A stretch of DNA of 64,000 nucleotides from Octopus bimaculoides (lineage: Eukaryota), in assembly GCF_001194135.2 (NCBI RefSeq), contig NC_068992.1:34351288-34415287 (forward strand), read 5' to 3'. Below the pieces are notes generated by a model. It did no database searches, was not told the origin of the DNA, and saw only the letters and a program-made list of their open reading frames with translations. This document shows positions 10,150 to 22,842 of the stretch, one piece after another. The translations under genes and the position numbers were made by a program. Each line of letters opens with the position of its first letter. Position 1 is the first letter of the stretch.

Positions 10150-12700
10150 GCACCAACAGTGTTTGTTGGATTGCTCAACAGACTTATCAGTTCTTGGTCG
10201 TCCAGCTTTCACTCCTGTTGTAAGCCCAATATTTTTTAGTGCTGTATCCAGTGATACATACCATTCTCTGCTCGACTCCTTCACAGAGCTTATGGATTTA
10301 ACCTTCAAAGTCTCTGATCACATTCATTCTATGAGGCATTTTATCAACACCAGTGGTCCACCAGTGTTTGCTCATCCCCACTGTGTTCCTCCTGATAAAC
10401 TGAAGACTGCAAAAGTGGAATTTGACTACTTGCTCCAGTTACGGCTTATTCATCCTTCTACTAGTTCCTGGTCTTCATCTCTCCATTTGGTCTGCAAAGG
10501 AGCTACGGTCAGTGATTATTGAGGATTAAACACTATTACAATTCTGGACAGATAATCCGTTCCACACCTTCAAGACTTTTCTTCTACCTTGCACAGTAGT
10601 ACTGTGTTTCCTAGTCTGGGCATATCACCAGACCCCTTTAAATCCAGACGATATACCAAAGACTGATGTTACTACCTCTTTTGGTTCATTTCAATTCCTT
10701 TCAATGCCCTTCAGATTGCAAAATGCAGCTAGCATCTTTCAAAACTTTATAGACGAGGTCATTCGTGGTCTCAACTTAGTCTATGCTTATATTGATGATT
10801 TACTCATCGCAACTTCTATGAAGGAAGACCATATCCAGCATCTAACGCTACTTTTTCTGTGTTTATGTGATAATCAACTCAAAATCAACATAGTATAATG
10901 TGTGTTTGGTTCTGCGTTGTTGGAATTTGTGATGGGATTTGTCCTCTCCCAGAGAAGGTACAAGCTATTCAGAAGCTTCCTCCTCCATCTTTTCTTCAGC
11001 AGCTTCACCATTTCCTCGGATTGGTGAATTTTTATTGCTGATTCATTCCAAACTGTGCAGTTCACTTACAGTATCACTGAAAGATCATAAGAAGAAGAAT
11101 GAAGTTATCTCCCTTCCACCGTCACTTGTCGCTGATTTTCAGACTGTCAAGCAAACCCAGGCTAATGTTTCAATGTTAGTCCACCTTAAATCCGATGTAA
11201 AGCTTTCACTTGTGGTAGATGCATCAGATACAGCTGTGGGTACAGTATTACAGCAAGCTGACCAAGAAATTCTGACAACCACTGGCATTTTATTCCTGCC
11301 AGCTCAAGACCGCTGAGATGCACTATAGCATATTTGGAAGAGAATTACTCGCTATTTATCTTGTGGTGTAGCATTTTTGTCTTTTCCTGGAAGGAAGGGA
11401 GTTTTTGATATTCTCAAACCACAGACCTCTTACCTTTGTTCTTTTTACCAAGTCGGACAAGTATTCACTGAGTGAGATCCGACATCTTGATTTTATATTG
11501 CGATTTTCTAGCAATCTTCAACATATCTCTGGTTCTTGCAATATTGTTGCTGATGCCTCAACTCATTTCCCTGTTTGTTTATTGTCCTCTGTTCCTACAA
11601 TTATCATCTTTGGACGTTTCATCTGAGGAATTCGCGACATGCCAAGTATTTGTTGCTACCAGCTTCAGCTGAAGAGATATTGTGTGATACTTCTAATAGC
11701 TCACCCCATCCACTCTCACCAGAGTCTCATCATTACACTGTCTTCAACGCCCTGCATACCTTATCAAATCCTGGTATAACAGCTTCTGTGAAGCTCCTGT
11801 CAGTTTGATTTCTTTGGCCAAATATGAGACTCCAAATCACTGAACGGGCACGCGCATATCTTCAGTGTCAATGTTCTAAGGTTCATCGCCATGATCGCTC
11901 ATCTCTTGGTTTGTTTCAGCAACCAGATGCCCACTTCCAACATATACAAATCGATTTAGTTGGGTCTTGGCCACCTAACCACGGATTCACATACATTCTT
12001 ACCTGCATTGACTGGTTTTCATGTTGGCCTGAAGCCATCCCACTTGTCAACATTAGTGCTGAATCCATGGCACACGTCCTCATCTTGGGCTGGATCTCCT
12101 GCTTTAGTGTTCCTTTACACATCATGACATATCATGGAAGACAATTTGAGTCACTGCTGTTCAACCAACTTTCTGCTATCCTGGGAGTTCGCCATATCCA
12201 TATGACCAGCAATCATCCAGCTTCAAACGGTATGGTCAAATGCTTCCACAGACAATTAAAAGCATCTCTCCACACCTACCCTGATCCTCAAAGGTGGAGC
12301 AAGTACCTGCCTCTCATTCTTTTAGGTTGTCACTCCTCCATAAAAGAGGATTTGGGATTTTCTGTTGCGGAGTTATTATACGGATCTCCACTATCTTTAC
12401 CAGGCAAAGTGCTGGCACCTGCGGACTTATCGACTCAAGATCATTCATCTTATGTACATAGACTACAGACTTATTTTTCAGATCTCCCACCGATGTCTTC
12501 TAGACATCAGACTGTACCTGCTACTGTGCCAGCAAATATTGATAAATGGACCCACATTTTCCTCAGGGCCGATTCTGTGAGAGGTCCTCTTACTCAACCC
12601 TGTAAGCGGCCTTATCGTGTTCTGGGAAAAACATCAAAAACGTTTTCCATAGACATTAATGGATCTAAACAGACTGTTTCAATCAATAGGGTGAAGTGAG
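10150..12700 (+). mobile_element. pol: Decayed Ty3/Gypsy pol (RT, RNase H, integrase) with stops and frameshifts; gag and 5' LTR absent
   Basis: HFINTSGPPVF..AKVEFDYLLQL.LIHPS.SSW (RT N-terminus); MPFRLQNAASIFQ..AYIDDLLI (YxDD); VVDASDTAVGTVLQQ and NHRPL (RNase H); IDLVG..IDWFSCWPEAIP..GRQFES..NGMVKCFHRQLK (rve integrase, ORF 11824-12699). Domain order RT-RH-IN indicates Gypsy. Confidence 0.95.
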
Positions 12701-13132
12701 TCTTTCTGAAGCTCTCACTCCAGAACCAAATATCCCCATCCACTTTCCATCTCCAGCATCTGCAAACATCATGCTCACGCAAACACCACCACCACACAAG
12801 CATGCATCTCCCGTTCCACCACCACACGTCACAACTCCCAGTGCAGGGTGTTGTGTACACTGGCCTAAGAAATTGTGCAAGACTATATATTGTGCCCTGA
12901 AATTTTCCATGCACTTTCATTGCATGTTTTTGACATTTTTCTTATGTGACACATGCTGCGTCTTCAAACTTTTGGTGTTAATTTTTGCAGGTTTTATTTT
13001 CTCTTTCCATTTTTTAAACTGTTTTTCCTTTTTCTTCCATTCTGTGCATGCCTTTCCTGATATTTTCACTTCTACTTTGTTCCTTAGTTTAGTCTTTTGC
13101 TACAACATACTTTTTTTCGACTTACAGTCACA

Positions 13133-13360
13133 GTGGGGGAGTAGTGTAGCAAGAGCCATAAAGGTTAAAGGGAACAGGATAGAGTTATGTTCCCTCATTT
13201 TGTTGTTGGTAGGTGGCACTTCATCAGCACCTCCACTAGGGAGGTATAAAAACCCTAGTCCTCCTTTTTTTTGTTCCCTCTTCTGGGCAGGTAACTTGTC
13301 AGTTGTTATCTATGGCTAGGACTTCTAACTCTCTTTTACTCCTGGCCATGACAACTACCA
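13133..13360 (+). mobile_element. Polypurine tract and probable 3' LTR of the Gypsy element
   Basis: GTGGGGGAGTAG then TGTAGC at 13145; TATAAAA at 13245. The LTR 3' boundary is uncertain (ACTACCA near 13360). Confidence 0.6.
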
Positions 13361-16300
13361 TGCTATGTAGCTAGAGCAATGCTTGCTCTCTATTCTTTTA
13401 GCATGAACCTTTAACCTTCAACAACTACTGGATTCATTACTAGCCACACCGACTGACTAAATTCACTAATGATGGAACAAACAGTTTGTACACCTTTTAT
13501 ATTATTTCGCAAGCACCTTTGTAAAACACAATGATATAAAACTTGTTACACATAACCTTGTCTGAAAATTGTTTGTCACATATTCATGCATGCGACACAA
13601 CACTAAACAAATGAACCAGACAAATGCTTGACTCCATCCTAAAAGGGAACATGTTTACACTTGTTTAGTGTTTGTATGGCAAGATAAGATTCAGTGAAGT
13701 AGGAAAGTTTAGGAGTGTTGTTGCCTGTGATAATGTGAAGTTAGAAATGTCATAATGTTATTGTTGGTTGAGGGTTGGGAAAAAACTTGGCAGTTAATAA
13801 ACCAGAGAGTATAGCTGAAATTTGATTTGTGAGAAAGATTGCATTATGCCCAATGCATGAAATAATTGTAAATTATTATATTCTCTAAGATTTCTTAAGT
13901 TGCTTTACATATCTACGAGATATTTACTGAATCTGATTCAGTTTTATTTTGCATGTTTACCAGATTTGTTAAAGTTTTCTGTTTCTGGAAATGTATAATA
14001 GTTGCTGGTCTCAATGTGGAATCTTAAATCACACCTGATTAACACAAAACTGGATATATGTAATTTTTTGTCAGCTACAATAGGAAACTGTTAGTGTATT
14101 TCATTGTACTTTTCACATGATCTTTGTTTGAGTTAGTTGCTTACATTGGTATTAGGCTACATATTTCCAAAAGTGAAGTATTTTAGATGAACCGATGTCT
14201 AGCACATGAGTAGTACTTAGTTTTTTAGAGAAGAATGAAAAATAAATTTAAATCATAAATCGTTTGAAGGCAGAATATAGAGAAGTGTAAACAAGTACCA
14301 AAAAGGGATTTAGTCTGTCTCTACCATTTCTAACAACTTATGAGCCTTTAGTATTTTATCACTGATATACACAAACATTAAGTTTCTTTTTCAGCTTCAT
14401 TTAATATTCTTAATGTAATTTTACAATGACATATTCTGAATTATATTTTTATTTGGAAGTCATCCGTTCTTACGCTGACATTAACTTCAATTTCATTTTC
14501 CTTCTGTATTCCAAGAGATTTTAATGTCCCTTTTCTCTTTGATCGTTAGTTTTCTAACTTGCTTGATGTATTCAAATGTCATGCAAAGCAACAGTTATTT
14601 CGTAATTGAAAGTTAATTGTCTCAGCCAACATTCTTTAATATATATATTGATATCTATCCAATCTAGCATATATTTTACAGCTTACTTGTGTAGCATTCC
14701 TAACGTTAAGCAGTTATAGTTCTCTATAAATATTACTGTTAATTCATAACAGGCTAAAAACAAACAGAATTAAAATGAATAAAATAATAAATGCTATCAT
14801 ACATTGATGCACACATAGAAATATAATGATTAAGTAGAATGGAAGATAAATGGTGTGTGACCGAGGAGAAAAATCCAGCCTATTTATCATATTCTGAGTA
14901 TTACAAGAAATGTAATAATTCCATAAAAGTATAAAATTTTATTCTTTTATTTTTTTAGAAGAGTTTAGAAAATTGCTTAAGGATATATAACAAGGATAGT
15001 TTATTCCTCTAAAATATTAAAAAAATATTTGTATTGTCAATATTCATTGGACTAATCAATCAAATTACTATTAAATTGAAGAAAATTGTCTTTTTTTTTC
15101 AGGCTAAAATTAATATTGCAATTACAGGAACTTGAAGTTTCCATTTATTGGAAAGTTGCACTAGTCATTTCTAGCTGAAAACATTTTCTTTAACACTTTT
15201 ATTTCTAAATATATCAAACACGGATGCCAAGCTAGAGGATAAAATTAATTAATAAAAATATTTATATAAATTAATTATTAAGACAACAAGTTTATTTCAT
15301 CATTTACTCCCATTAATCTCCAAGGCTGTTCTTTTCAATGCAGGAATTGTTTTTCATATTTCACTTTTGCAGCATTAATTTTGGCATTTATTAGATTCAA
15401 CTGAATAATTGTACAAGTGTATTAATTGGTTTGAAAAGCTGAGGTTCAACTAAAGTATGAGCTGAGGAGGCAGACTGCATATGGTCAGTTGAACTATTGA
15501 AAGCAGTAGCCAAATAAACCACAGGTTATAGCCTACTATTTAAAATATGAGGACACAGATAAAATAGATATTTCTTTCTGTTTTTTTTCCTTTCTTCCTT
15601 CCTTCTTCCCTTTCATTCTTTCTCTCCTTGTTTGTTTCTCTTTAGTATATAGCAATCCTTCTGTAAGCCTCTTTACCTCTTCCTATCCATTGCCATTTTG
15701 GTTCAAACCAGTTATGTATCTCCCTTTATTCTTCAATGTCATCCTTCCATCCTTTCTATAATTTTTGAAGAAATTTTTTGTGGAGCTTTCAATCCTCTAT
15801 TCTAGCTAAATAATCTTCCCAAATCCTCTTTAGTTTTACTATTTCTTGAAGTATGTTTCAAATTATTGTCTTTCTTCTTACCTTTACATATCTAATTCCA
15901 TTTTTCAACTTAACCTGTATTTTTCATTGCGTCAAACAAAAAAGACCAAAAGTATAACCAATTACAACACATATGAAGAGACAACAGAGAAAGTAAATGA
16001 TTAGATAGTTGATATGCTAGACACAGAAGAAGCGTGAGAACAAGTTGAGAACAAGAACAATGGTAAGATGAATTGCTTCAGCAGGTCCTGTAATTAACAT
16101 ACACTTATATAGTTCTAAACAGATGGGATGGTCATGGATTGAAAGCCTTTGGTTATAAGGACTGCTCAATCAAAGTAACCTGGTTTTAAACAGTAATAGT
16201 TAACCTTAAAATATTGATTTCTTACATAAATATTGATTTCTTACATAAGATAAAGCTTGAAATTTTTATAGGACAGAAAAAATGAGTCGTTATATCATGA

Positions 16301-19164
16301 CATGACATTAACTGTTTGAGTGAAATGTGATATAACTGCTCTAGCTGAAAATTGAAATAAAATGGTGGGCTCATTTGGCCAATAATTTACTCAACAAGCC
16401 CTAACAAAGCTAACAATAACCAGAGTATTATAAAAAAAAAATGCTGCCAACATTTTAACTTCATAAGTCTATAATTGAGATTATAAAAGAATGAAGGTAA
16501 TTTTATATATCTGTGTTGATTATCATATGAAAATCACCAAGTCAATATGTGTTACATTCAGAGCCCTATTTATCAGTAAAATAAGTAATCAGCAATCTTC
16601 ATAGTTACACACCATACGTATCCAACACCACATAAACTACAAGCACTACTACTACACACTCATAATACAACACATCCTGATAGTCTGAAACATGAAAAAT
16701 CACAAAATCATAACTATCACCCACAAAAGTACAACCACACAATTAAAGAACCACGACACACATCATCATAGCCAGCATCACACAGCAGTGGTGTTAACCA
16801 CCATCACTGTCACCATGACTCCTCCTTCAACCATCTCCATCATCTCATCATACACTATAAATGTTATACACTGAAGTACTACCACTGCCATCATTGTAGT
16901 TGCCAACATATCCATCCATCTGCCACCCCCTGCTCTCAAACATAAAAGCATCACAAAATCAGCTCCATTGTATACACACAGTAACACAGTATCACCATAT
17001 TCACCATCACCTCTATACGCTTAATTGCACCACTAGATACACTATCACCTACACTCTTCAACACCATTATATATGCTTGTGTCACCATATCCACATCAAG
17101 CAACACAGATAAACACATCATTGAAAAATCACTTGGAGAAATGCCACACTTGGGAGTTTACAGTTTCCATCAAAGCAACAGAATGTAACGTTAGCACGTG
17201 TCACAACCTCCCCTCCCTTCCACTCCTTTCTCATACATCTGTATGAGTAAAAGACAGCGGCTCAGCATCATCCTCTGTTTTCCCCTGATAAAACCCTGGA
17301 ATATAAAAATATAAGTGAAAACTGTTGTTCTGTCTTCCTTAGTTCCATTTTCACATCTTTATTTCAATTTGTATTATATTAGCCATCCATCTACTCATCC
17401 TTCTACCACATACTATATACCATATGCAAAATATTAATATATATTAATAGAATTACATGTAGTTATAACCATTTAATTCATGGTAAAATGGAAAAATAAA
17501 TGCTAACGGAAAACATGCTACTTTTATCACACCTGCTTTCTTGTTTTATTTTAATTTTTCTGAATTCTCTTATCACCAATTCTACACAAAAAGAAATGAT
17601 GAAAAAAAATTCCCCATCATTTTAAAATCAAAAGTAGAACCTGCATATATGAGCCAAATATTCTATACTTGAAGGAGAATTTCAAATTAAATAAGTGAAA
17701 AAGATGATACTTGAATGATTAGCAATGAGAAGTCATAAAATGGATGTTGCCTACTAAAACTAACATGTTAAGCATGATGTATTTCTTCTTTACTGTAATG
17801 TTTCTAGAAATTCTCTTCCATATGCTATACAGTGGGGTTGGGGTCTAGGATAGTTATTAGAGCTTTAAAGGAAAGATCAAGTAAAATGTTAAAGATAAAT
17901 CTAAGAGAAAAAAATATATTTACATATTTTATGCTGATACCCAGTTGGATATAAAGCTGATTCTGAGAGTTTGAGAAGGAAATTAGAATCTACCTATGGA
18001 TAAGTGAATGTCTTAAATTTATTTGATATATCTTTTTTTGTTTCAAGTTGTAAAGAGTATGACAAGTCAGCAATTCAAACACTAATTCAACACACTCAAA
18101 TAGGTGTAGGAATTTTTTAGATTTCCTGATGCTATGAGGAGAATGGTATACTGACAGAAGAACTGACAAATGTAAGAACATATCTAGTTTGAAGATCCTG
18201 ATTACATAATAGAAAGATTATGGTCAGAAAAGTAAAAAATTATGTACAATGTTTATGTGATTTTTCATTCTGTAGACAGCTGAATTTATAAACAAAGAGA
18301 AGTATTCTGTAAACTGCCATTGTTATGTTGATGGCGATAAAACTGCTGTTTATAAAGTCTAAAAAATCTTTTTCTTTTAATTCTTTATTTCATTTCCTTC
18401 TCTTCATAGTTTAGGTTTTTGCATATTTATACACTTTTTATGATGAAAGGAAATTTTTCTATTTGTCATGATTATTATAATCAGAGATAAGCTCATGTCT
18501 AAAAATTATATATATATATATATATATAGTGGTAGTCATGGTGGTGGAAGGAAAAAGACAATAGCCTTTGAAACACGTATGCTTGTGATATGGAAAGATT
18601 TAGTGCAGTGAAGTGAAATGCAGTGAATATAGAGTAAATAATGGAATAAGGAAATATAATCTTGACCAAGCTCACTGACCTGCATGATTCAACTTTCTTT
18701 CATTTGTATAAAGTTGATCATCTTGTCAAATCAGTTAATACTAACTAGCATTCAGCACCTTAAAATTGAGCTCTCAAGGACAAATTAATGCTTGGCTGAC
18801 ATTACAAACAACAAAAGGTTCTTAAGATCATTTGGCAGTTCAATAGAAATCTTTCAAACTACACAAGTGATGCCAAATAATCAACTAAACGAGATTATCT
18901 CAGAGAAAATTCACCATCTCATACCAGATTAACAAAATTCTTTCATTTTCTTAGTCTTTTGTTTCTTAAAAATACTCAGCTTTGCTAATTAGGTCTTTCT
19001 GGTCATGCATGTCTCATGTGGAATTACCAGATTCAGGAACATTAGAAATCAAGCATGGCATGTATGATTTACTAAAAAACTTTGGAAAAGATTTCAACAG
19101 TTTCTTTTATATTTTGAAAAACTTCTTTTGTGTGTGTGTGTGCACGTGCGTGTGTGTGTGTGTG

Positions 19165-19295
19165 TGTGCGTGCAATATCTTTTACTTGTTTCAGTTATTA
19201 TACTGTGGCCATGCTGATAGACCTCCTTGAAGAATTTTTAGTCAAACGAATCAACCCCTGTACCCACTTTTAGACCTGGTACTGATTCTATCGAT
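19165..19295 (-). mobile_element. SINE family A, 3' fragment
   Basis: TCTTTTACTTGTTTCAGT..TGTGGCCATGCTG..CTTGAAGAATTTTTAGTC..CCTGGTACT.ATTCTATC. Confidence 0.7.
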
Positions 19296-19339
19296 TTAAC
19301 ATTATAAATAAACATTTTGATAAGAATAGCAGGTATTCT

Positions 19340-19960
19340 AAACATATTAATAGTAGAGTAATAAAGATAGGTTATAATCTCACGCATAGATTAGCCAGCG
19401 TTATTTCCTCCCTGAATAATAAAAAATACTAGACACTTTCAGCAGCAATAATAAGAATAAAAACAATAAACCTCATAACCAACCCAGCTTTAGTAAAGGG
19501 AACACCCAAAACCATAATAACCCAATTAACCTAGTACTATTCCACCAGAAAGTAATTCCTCCAGCACAATTCATGTGACTGTAGGGACAAGGATAACTGT
19601 GCCCTCGAAAATACCTTTAAAAGTAAAGATGTAATTTACCAGTGCACAGTCACAACACAGTTTAGTAAAAGGAAAGAAATAGGAGCTACCCAAAAATTAA
19701 ATGAAATATAGACTAGCCACACACCAACTCTCTTTCAGAAATAGGATTAACTCGACTGGATTAAGTAAATATATTCGGGAACTCAAAGATAAAGATACTA
19801 GATTTGCATTAGAATGGAAAATCAAGAAATACCATCTTTGCATCAATGAAATATTTTTCATACTAGTGGCACAACACCCATTACTGAACTTGAGAAAAAA
19901 GAGAAACATAGCCTGCCTGCACAAGAGGTGGTTTATCTTCATTAAATCTAAGTAACATTA
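19340..19960 (+). mobile_element. Penelope-like element: linker and GIY-YIG endonuclease remnant
   Basis: VIKIGYNLTHRLASVISSLNNKK; SCDCRDKDNC..DVIYQCTVTT..EIGAT; KYRLATHQLSFRNR.NSTGLSKYIRELK..EWKI..LCINE. Confidence 0.85.
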
Positions 19961-21151
19961 GAGCCCCTTGCACCATTCCCCAAAATAGCACCAAGAGCCC
20001 TTCACCACAGAAATAGTAGCCCTCAATGTTAAATGAAAGCATATATAACTCGTTTAATAGTATTATATATCTGGGACCCTTATGGGTGTTCCAACAGTAA
20101 TACCCTTATCCCTTCACCAACATATCTGAATTTAAATCCCACCCTCCACCCATAACAACTAACTACATAATATATTTATTAAGCCATTTCTCCTTAATAT
20201 TACCTACTCACCCCTTTAACAAATGCCAGCTCTTTCAATCAAGAACCTAATTTGGAATACAGAAAGCATTGGTACTTAACCCCAATGTTTAAACCCCCTG
20301 GCAACTAATTTTACTTTTCTGTACCTTTTATACCAAGGGTGAGCTTGTTTGAACTAGCTTGAATCTGGACTTAATTTTTCAGCCGACCTATTGGTCTACC
20401 TCCACTTATAGTGGACCCAATTAGTCCTTCCCACTTAGGACCCCACCCCCTCGTAGAACATAACTTATACTTAATAACTTATTATTAACTGATTCCCTCT
20501 CTAGATTGTATAGGTCTGTATTTGAGCACTGCAGCAGACGACTTCCCATGAGCTATAATTAACCTTAGGCTTATTGTGAATGAATGGAAGTGAAATTCTT
20601 GTGGTAGACCCCATATGGCTACACCCACGCAAAGGTTAATATAATGATAAGTTTAGTAATATGAATAATCTAATGTTAATAATAATATATATTAAGTAAG
20701 ATTTAGTAAATAGTGGTAGGACTCTGAGTTTGTAACCATGTTTGTAATTAGCAAGTAATTTAACTTGTAATCGTTTAATAATTTTGGAATTTTGTACTTT
20801 TGACCTCTCATATGTCTAACAGGGTGAATGCACTCAGGAACATATAGATATTTACTTGTTTGTCTAGTTTAACCACCACTTGGAAATATGCTGGTTATCT
20901 CAGATGTCAGATTTAGCATTATATTTTGAAGGTAATCTCACTAGTATTCACCTCCCCTATCAGTAGTCTTCCCTTAACTGTAAAAAGTTATTGTTGTATG
21001 GTTGGTAGAATTTATCGTATTTTTTTAATTTTAATTTAATTTTATGTGATGTTGAGATGGTGTAGAAGGGCATAAACAGCCTTATGCCACTTGTTACATA
21101 GTCTTCTCCCCCACAACTTTTATTTACTGGTTTATTATTTTTTTTTATGGT

Positions 21152-21323
21152 CTACACTCTCTGAGTGGTTGGCGTTAGGAAGGGCATCCAGCTGTAGAAA
21201 CTCTGCCAAATTAGATTGGAGCCTGGTGTAGCCATCCGGTTGCACCAGTCCTCAGTCAAATCGTCCAACCCATGATAGCATGGAAAGCAGACGTTAAACG
21301 ATGATGATGATGATGATGATGAT
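21152..21323 (+). mobile_element. 5'-truncated RTE 3' end with (GAT)n tail
   Basis: About 96% identical to 61-230. TCTAC occurs at both junctions (21151 and 21323), a possible TSD or microhomology. Confidence 0.85.
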
Positions 21324-21789
21324 CTACCCCTGTAATGGACTGAGCTTGCCCTGGTTTAAATATATCTGACCAATTGTGGAGATAGCTGGACTTTGGTAAA
21401 TTTCATTAAGGACAACAGGTGGTTGGTCTCTAGAATATTTCAGTAAGTACACCATTTTAAAAACTTTATGGGTTTGTTTTTGGATAAATATTAATCAGCT
21501 CTATTTATGAAATCAGAAGTACTATCCTTTTTCTAGATATATTGGCAATTCCTGTTTTACTTTAGCACTAGTTTTATTTTACTACCATTTATACACCCTG
21601 GTACCCCTATATAAATAGATAACCCACAAATCATTTCTCTAGATCATTTGCTTGTTCACTCTGCCTATCGACTTCAAGGTTCACACTGCAAAATGGTATG
21701 ATTTTAATATATTGAGCCTTCTAGCTTCATCTCAAGGCCCTGTTCTTTCCTCTTCCCACTTCCCTTCTTTTATTTTATGTATTTGTATT

Positions 21790-21904
21790 CACTCTGATGA
21801 AGCTCCATGTACTAGATCGAATGTGCTATAAAGATGATGAATACTATTTTTAGAATTTTCCTTGTAAGCACTGACTGACATTGGCAGCTGAAACAGCCGT
21901 AAGA
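21790..21904 (+). ncRNA. Degenerate hammerhead motif with long stem-II insert
   Basis: CTGATGA (21794) AGCTCCATGT...ACATTGGCAGCT GAAA CAGCCG TA AGA; stem I only 2 bp. Confidence 0.4.
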
Positions 21905-22337
21905 AATGTTATTTTATGTTTTGTGTTAAAAAAATTAGCTGATATTGGTCAATTTGTTTGTTTGTTGATCAAAAGTTTTCTCCATTTTCTGCTTATTTAA
22001 ATTTGATTCCTGACAAACTTTTGTTTATTCTGTTATTACCTGTACCCGAGGAGCATAGTGTGCTTGCATACCCATGCCCAGGGTTAATATAGGTAAATGA
22101 TACCAGTAGTAAGAACGGATATTCTTATCCCTAAGATGGTTATTTTAACTGCTAATTATGCTTACCATAATATACTATTGGAACTTACACACAAGGTACA
22201 GGAAACTTATATGTATACCTTCCTACTTAAATAATGGAACTGCAGATACAATATCCCTGCAAATCTCACATCCGTTTTCATTCCTCCACTTCACTCTCTA
22301 TTTCATATCTTCTCTAGAATAACCATTTTCTTGCACC

Positions 22338-22385
22338 GTCTCTGATGAAAGGATATATAAAATATCCTGGAAACAGCTGTAGGAC
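22338..22385 (+). ncRNA. Minimal type I hammerhead motif (PLE-type)
   Basis: GTCT CTGATGA A AGGATAT ATAAA ATATCCT G GAAA C-AGCT-G TA GGAC. Has an A.G mismatch at the base of stem II. Confidence 0.6.
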
Positions 22386-22446
22386 TTTCTCTTTATAAAT
22401 GTTCTGAAATCTTTCACAGCCTTGGATTTTTATTTCCTTCTGTTAA

Positions 22447-22448
<2 letters not shown>

Positions 22449-22504
<56 letters not shown>

Positions 22505-22530
22505 TATATAGATATAGATATGATATAGAT
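22449..22530. repeat. (TA)n / (GATA)-like microsatellite
   Basis: Long TA run. Confidence 0.95.
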
Positions 22531-22534
22531 ATAT

Positions 22535-22750
22535 AAGTGTTTGTATCTGTGTTTGTCCCCCACCACTGCTTGACAATCCATATTGGTGTGTTTACATCAC
22601 CTCAACTTAGCAGTTCAGCAAACAATATTGTTAGAATAAGTACCAAACACTAAAAAATAAAAAAAACGAGTACTGGAGTTGATTCATTCAACTAGAAATT
22701 CTTCAAGTTGGTGCCCAAGCATGGCCACTGTATAACATTGAAACATAAAA
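22535..22750 (+). mobile_element. SINE family A, 3' half
   Basis: GTTTGTCCCCCACCACTGCTTGACAA..GGTGTGTTTACATC..AGAATAAGTACCA..GCATGGCCAC..TGAAAC. Confidence 0.75.
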
Positions 22751-22795
22751 GATATATGTATACACACATGCATACACATGTCTGAGCAGCAGCAC

Positions 22796-22842
22796 CAGTA
22801 GTAGTAGTAGTAGTGGTAGTAGTAGTAGTAGTGGTAGTAGTA
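22796..22842. repeat. (GTA)n microsatellite
   Basis: GTAGTAGTA.. with GTG interruptions. Confidence 0.95.

Noticed and set aside
514-10156. Many 60-200 aa ORFs rich in H/T, C/V, Y/I, and ORFs running through N gaps
   Set aside because: They are translations of CA/GT/TA microsatellites or of Ns; there is no domain signal.
15090-15135. Splice-acceptor-like TTTTTTTTTCAG followed by AKINIAITGT, resembling the start of a GTPase P-loop
   Set aside because: A stop codon follows after 10 codons, there is no GKS/T, and no partner exons were found.
16210-16247. 19-bp perfect tandem duplication (AATATTGATTTCTTACATA x2)
   Set aside because: Ordinary slippage duplication; no further structure.
17184-17457. 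Possible solo LTR (TGTAAC..TTACA with a TATA-like motif)
   Set aside because: No matching 4-6 bp TSD and no second copy.
17940-18240. Possible L1/Tx1-like RT remnant (NGILTEE)
   Set aside because: Only a few residues match and there are multiple stops; it cannot be supported by eye.
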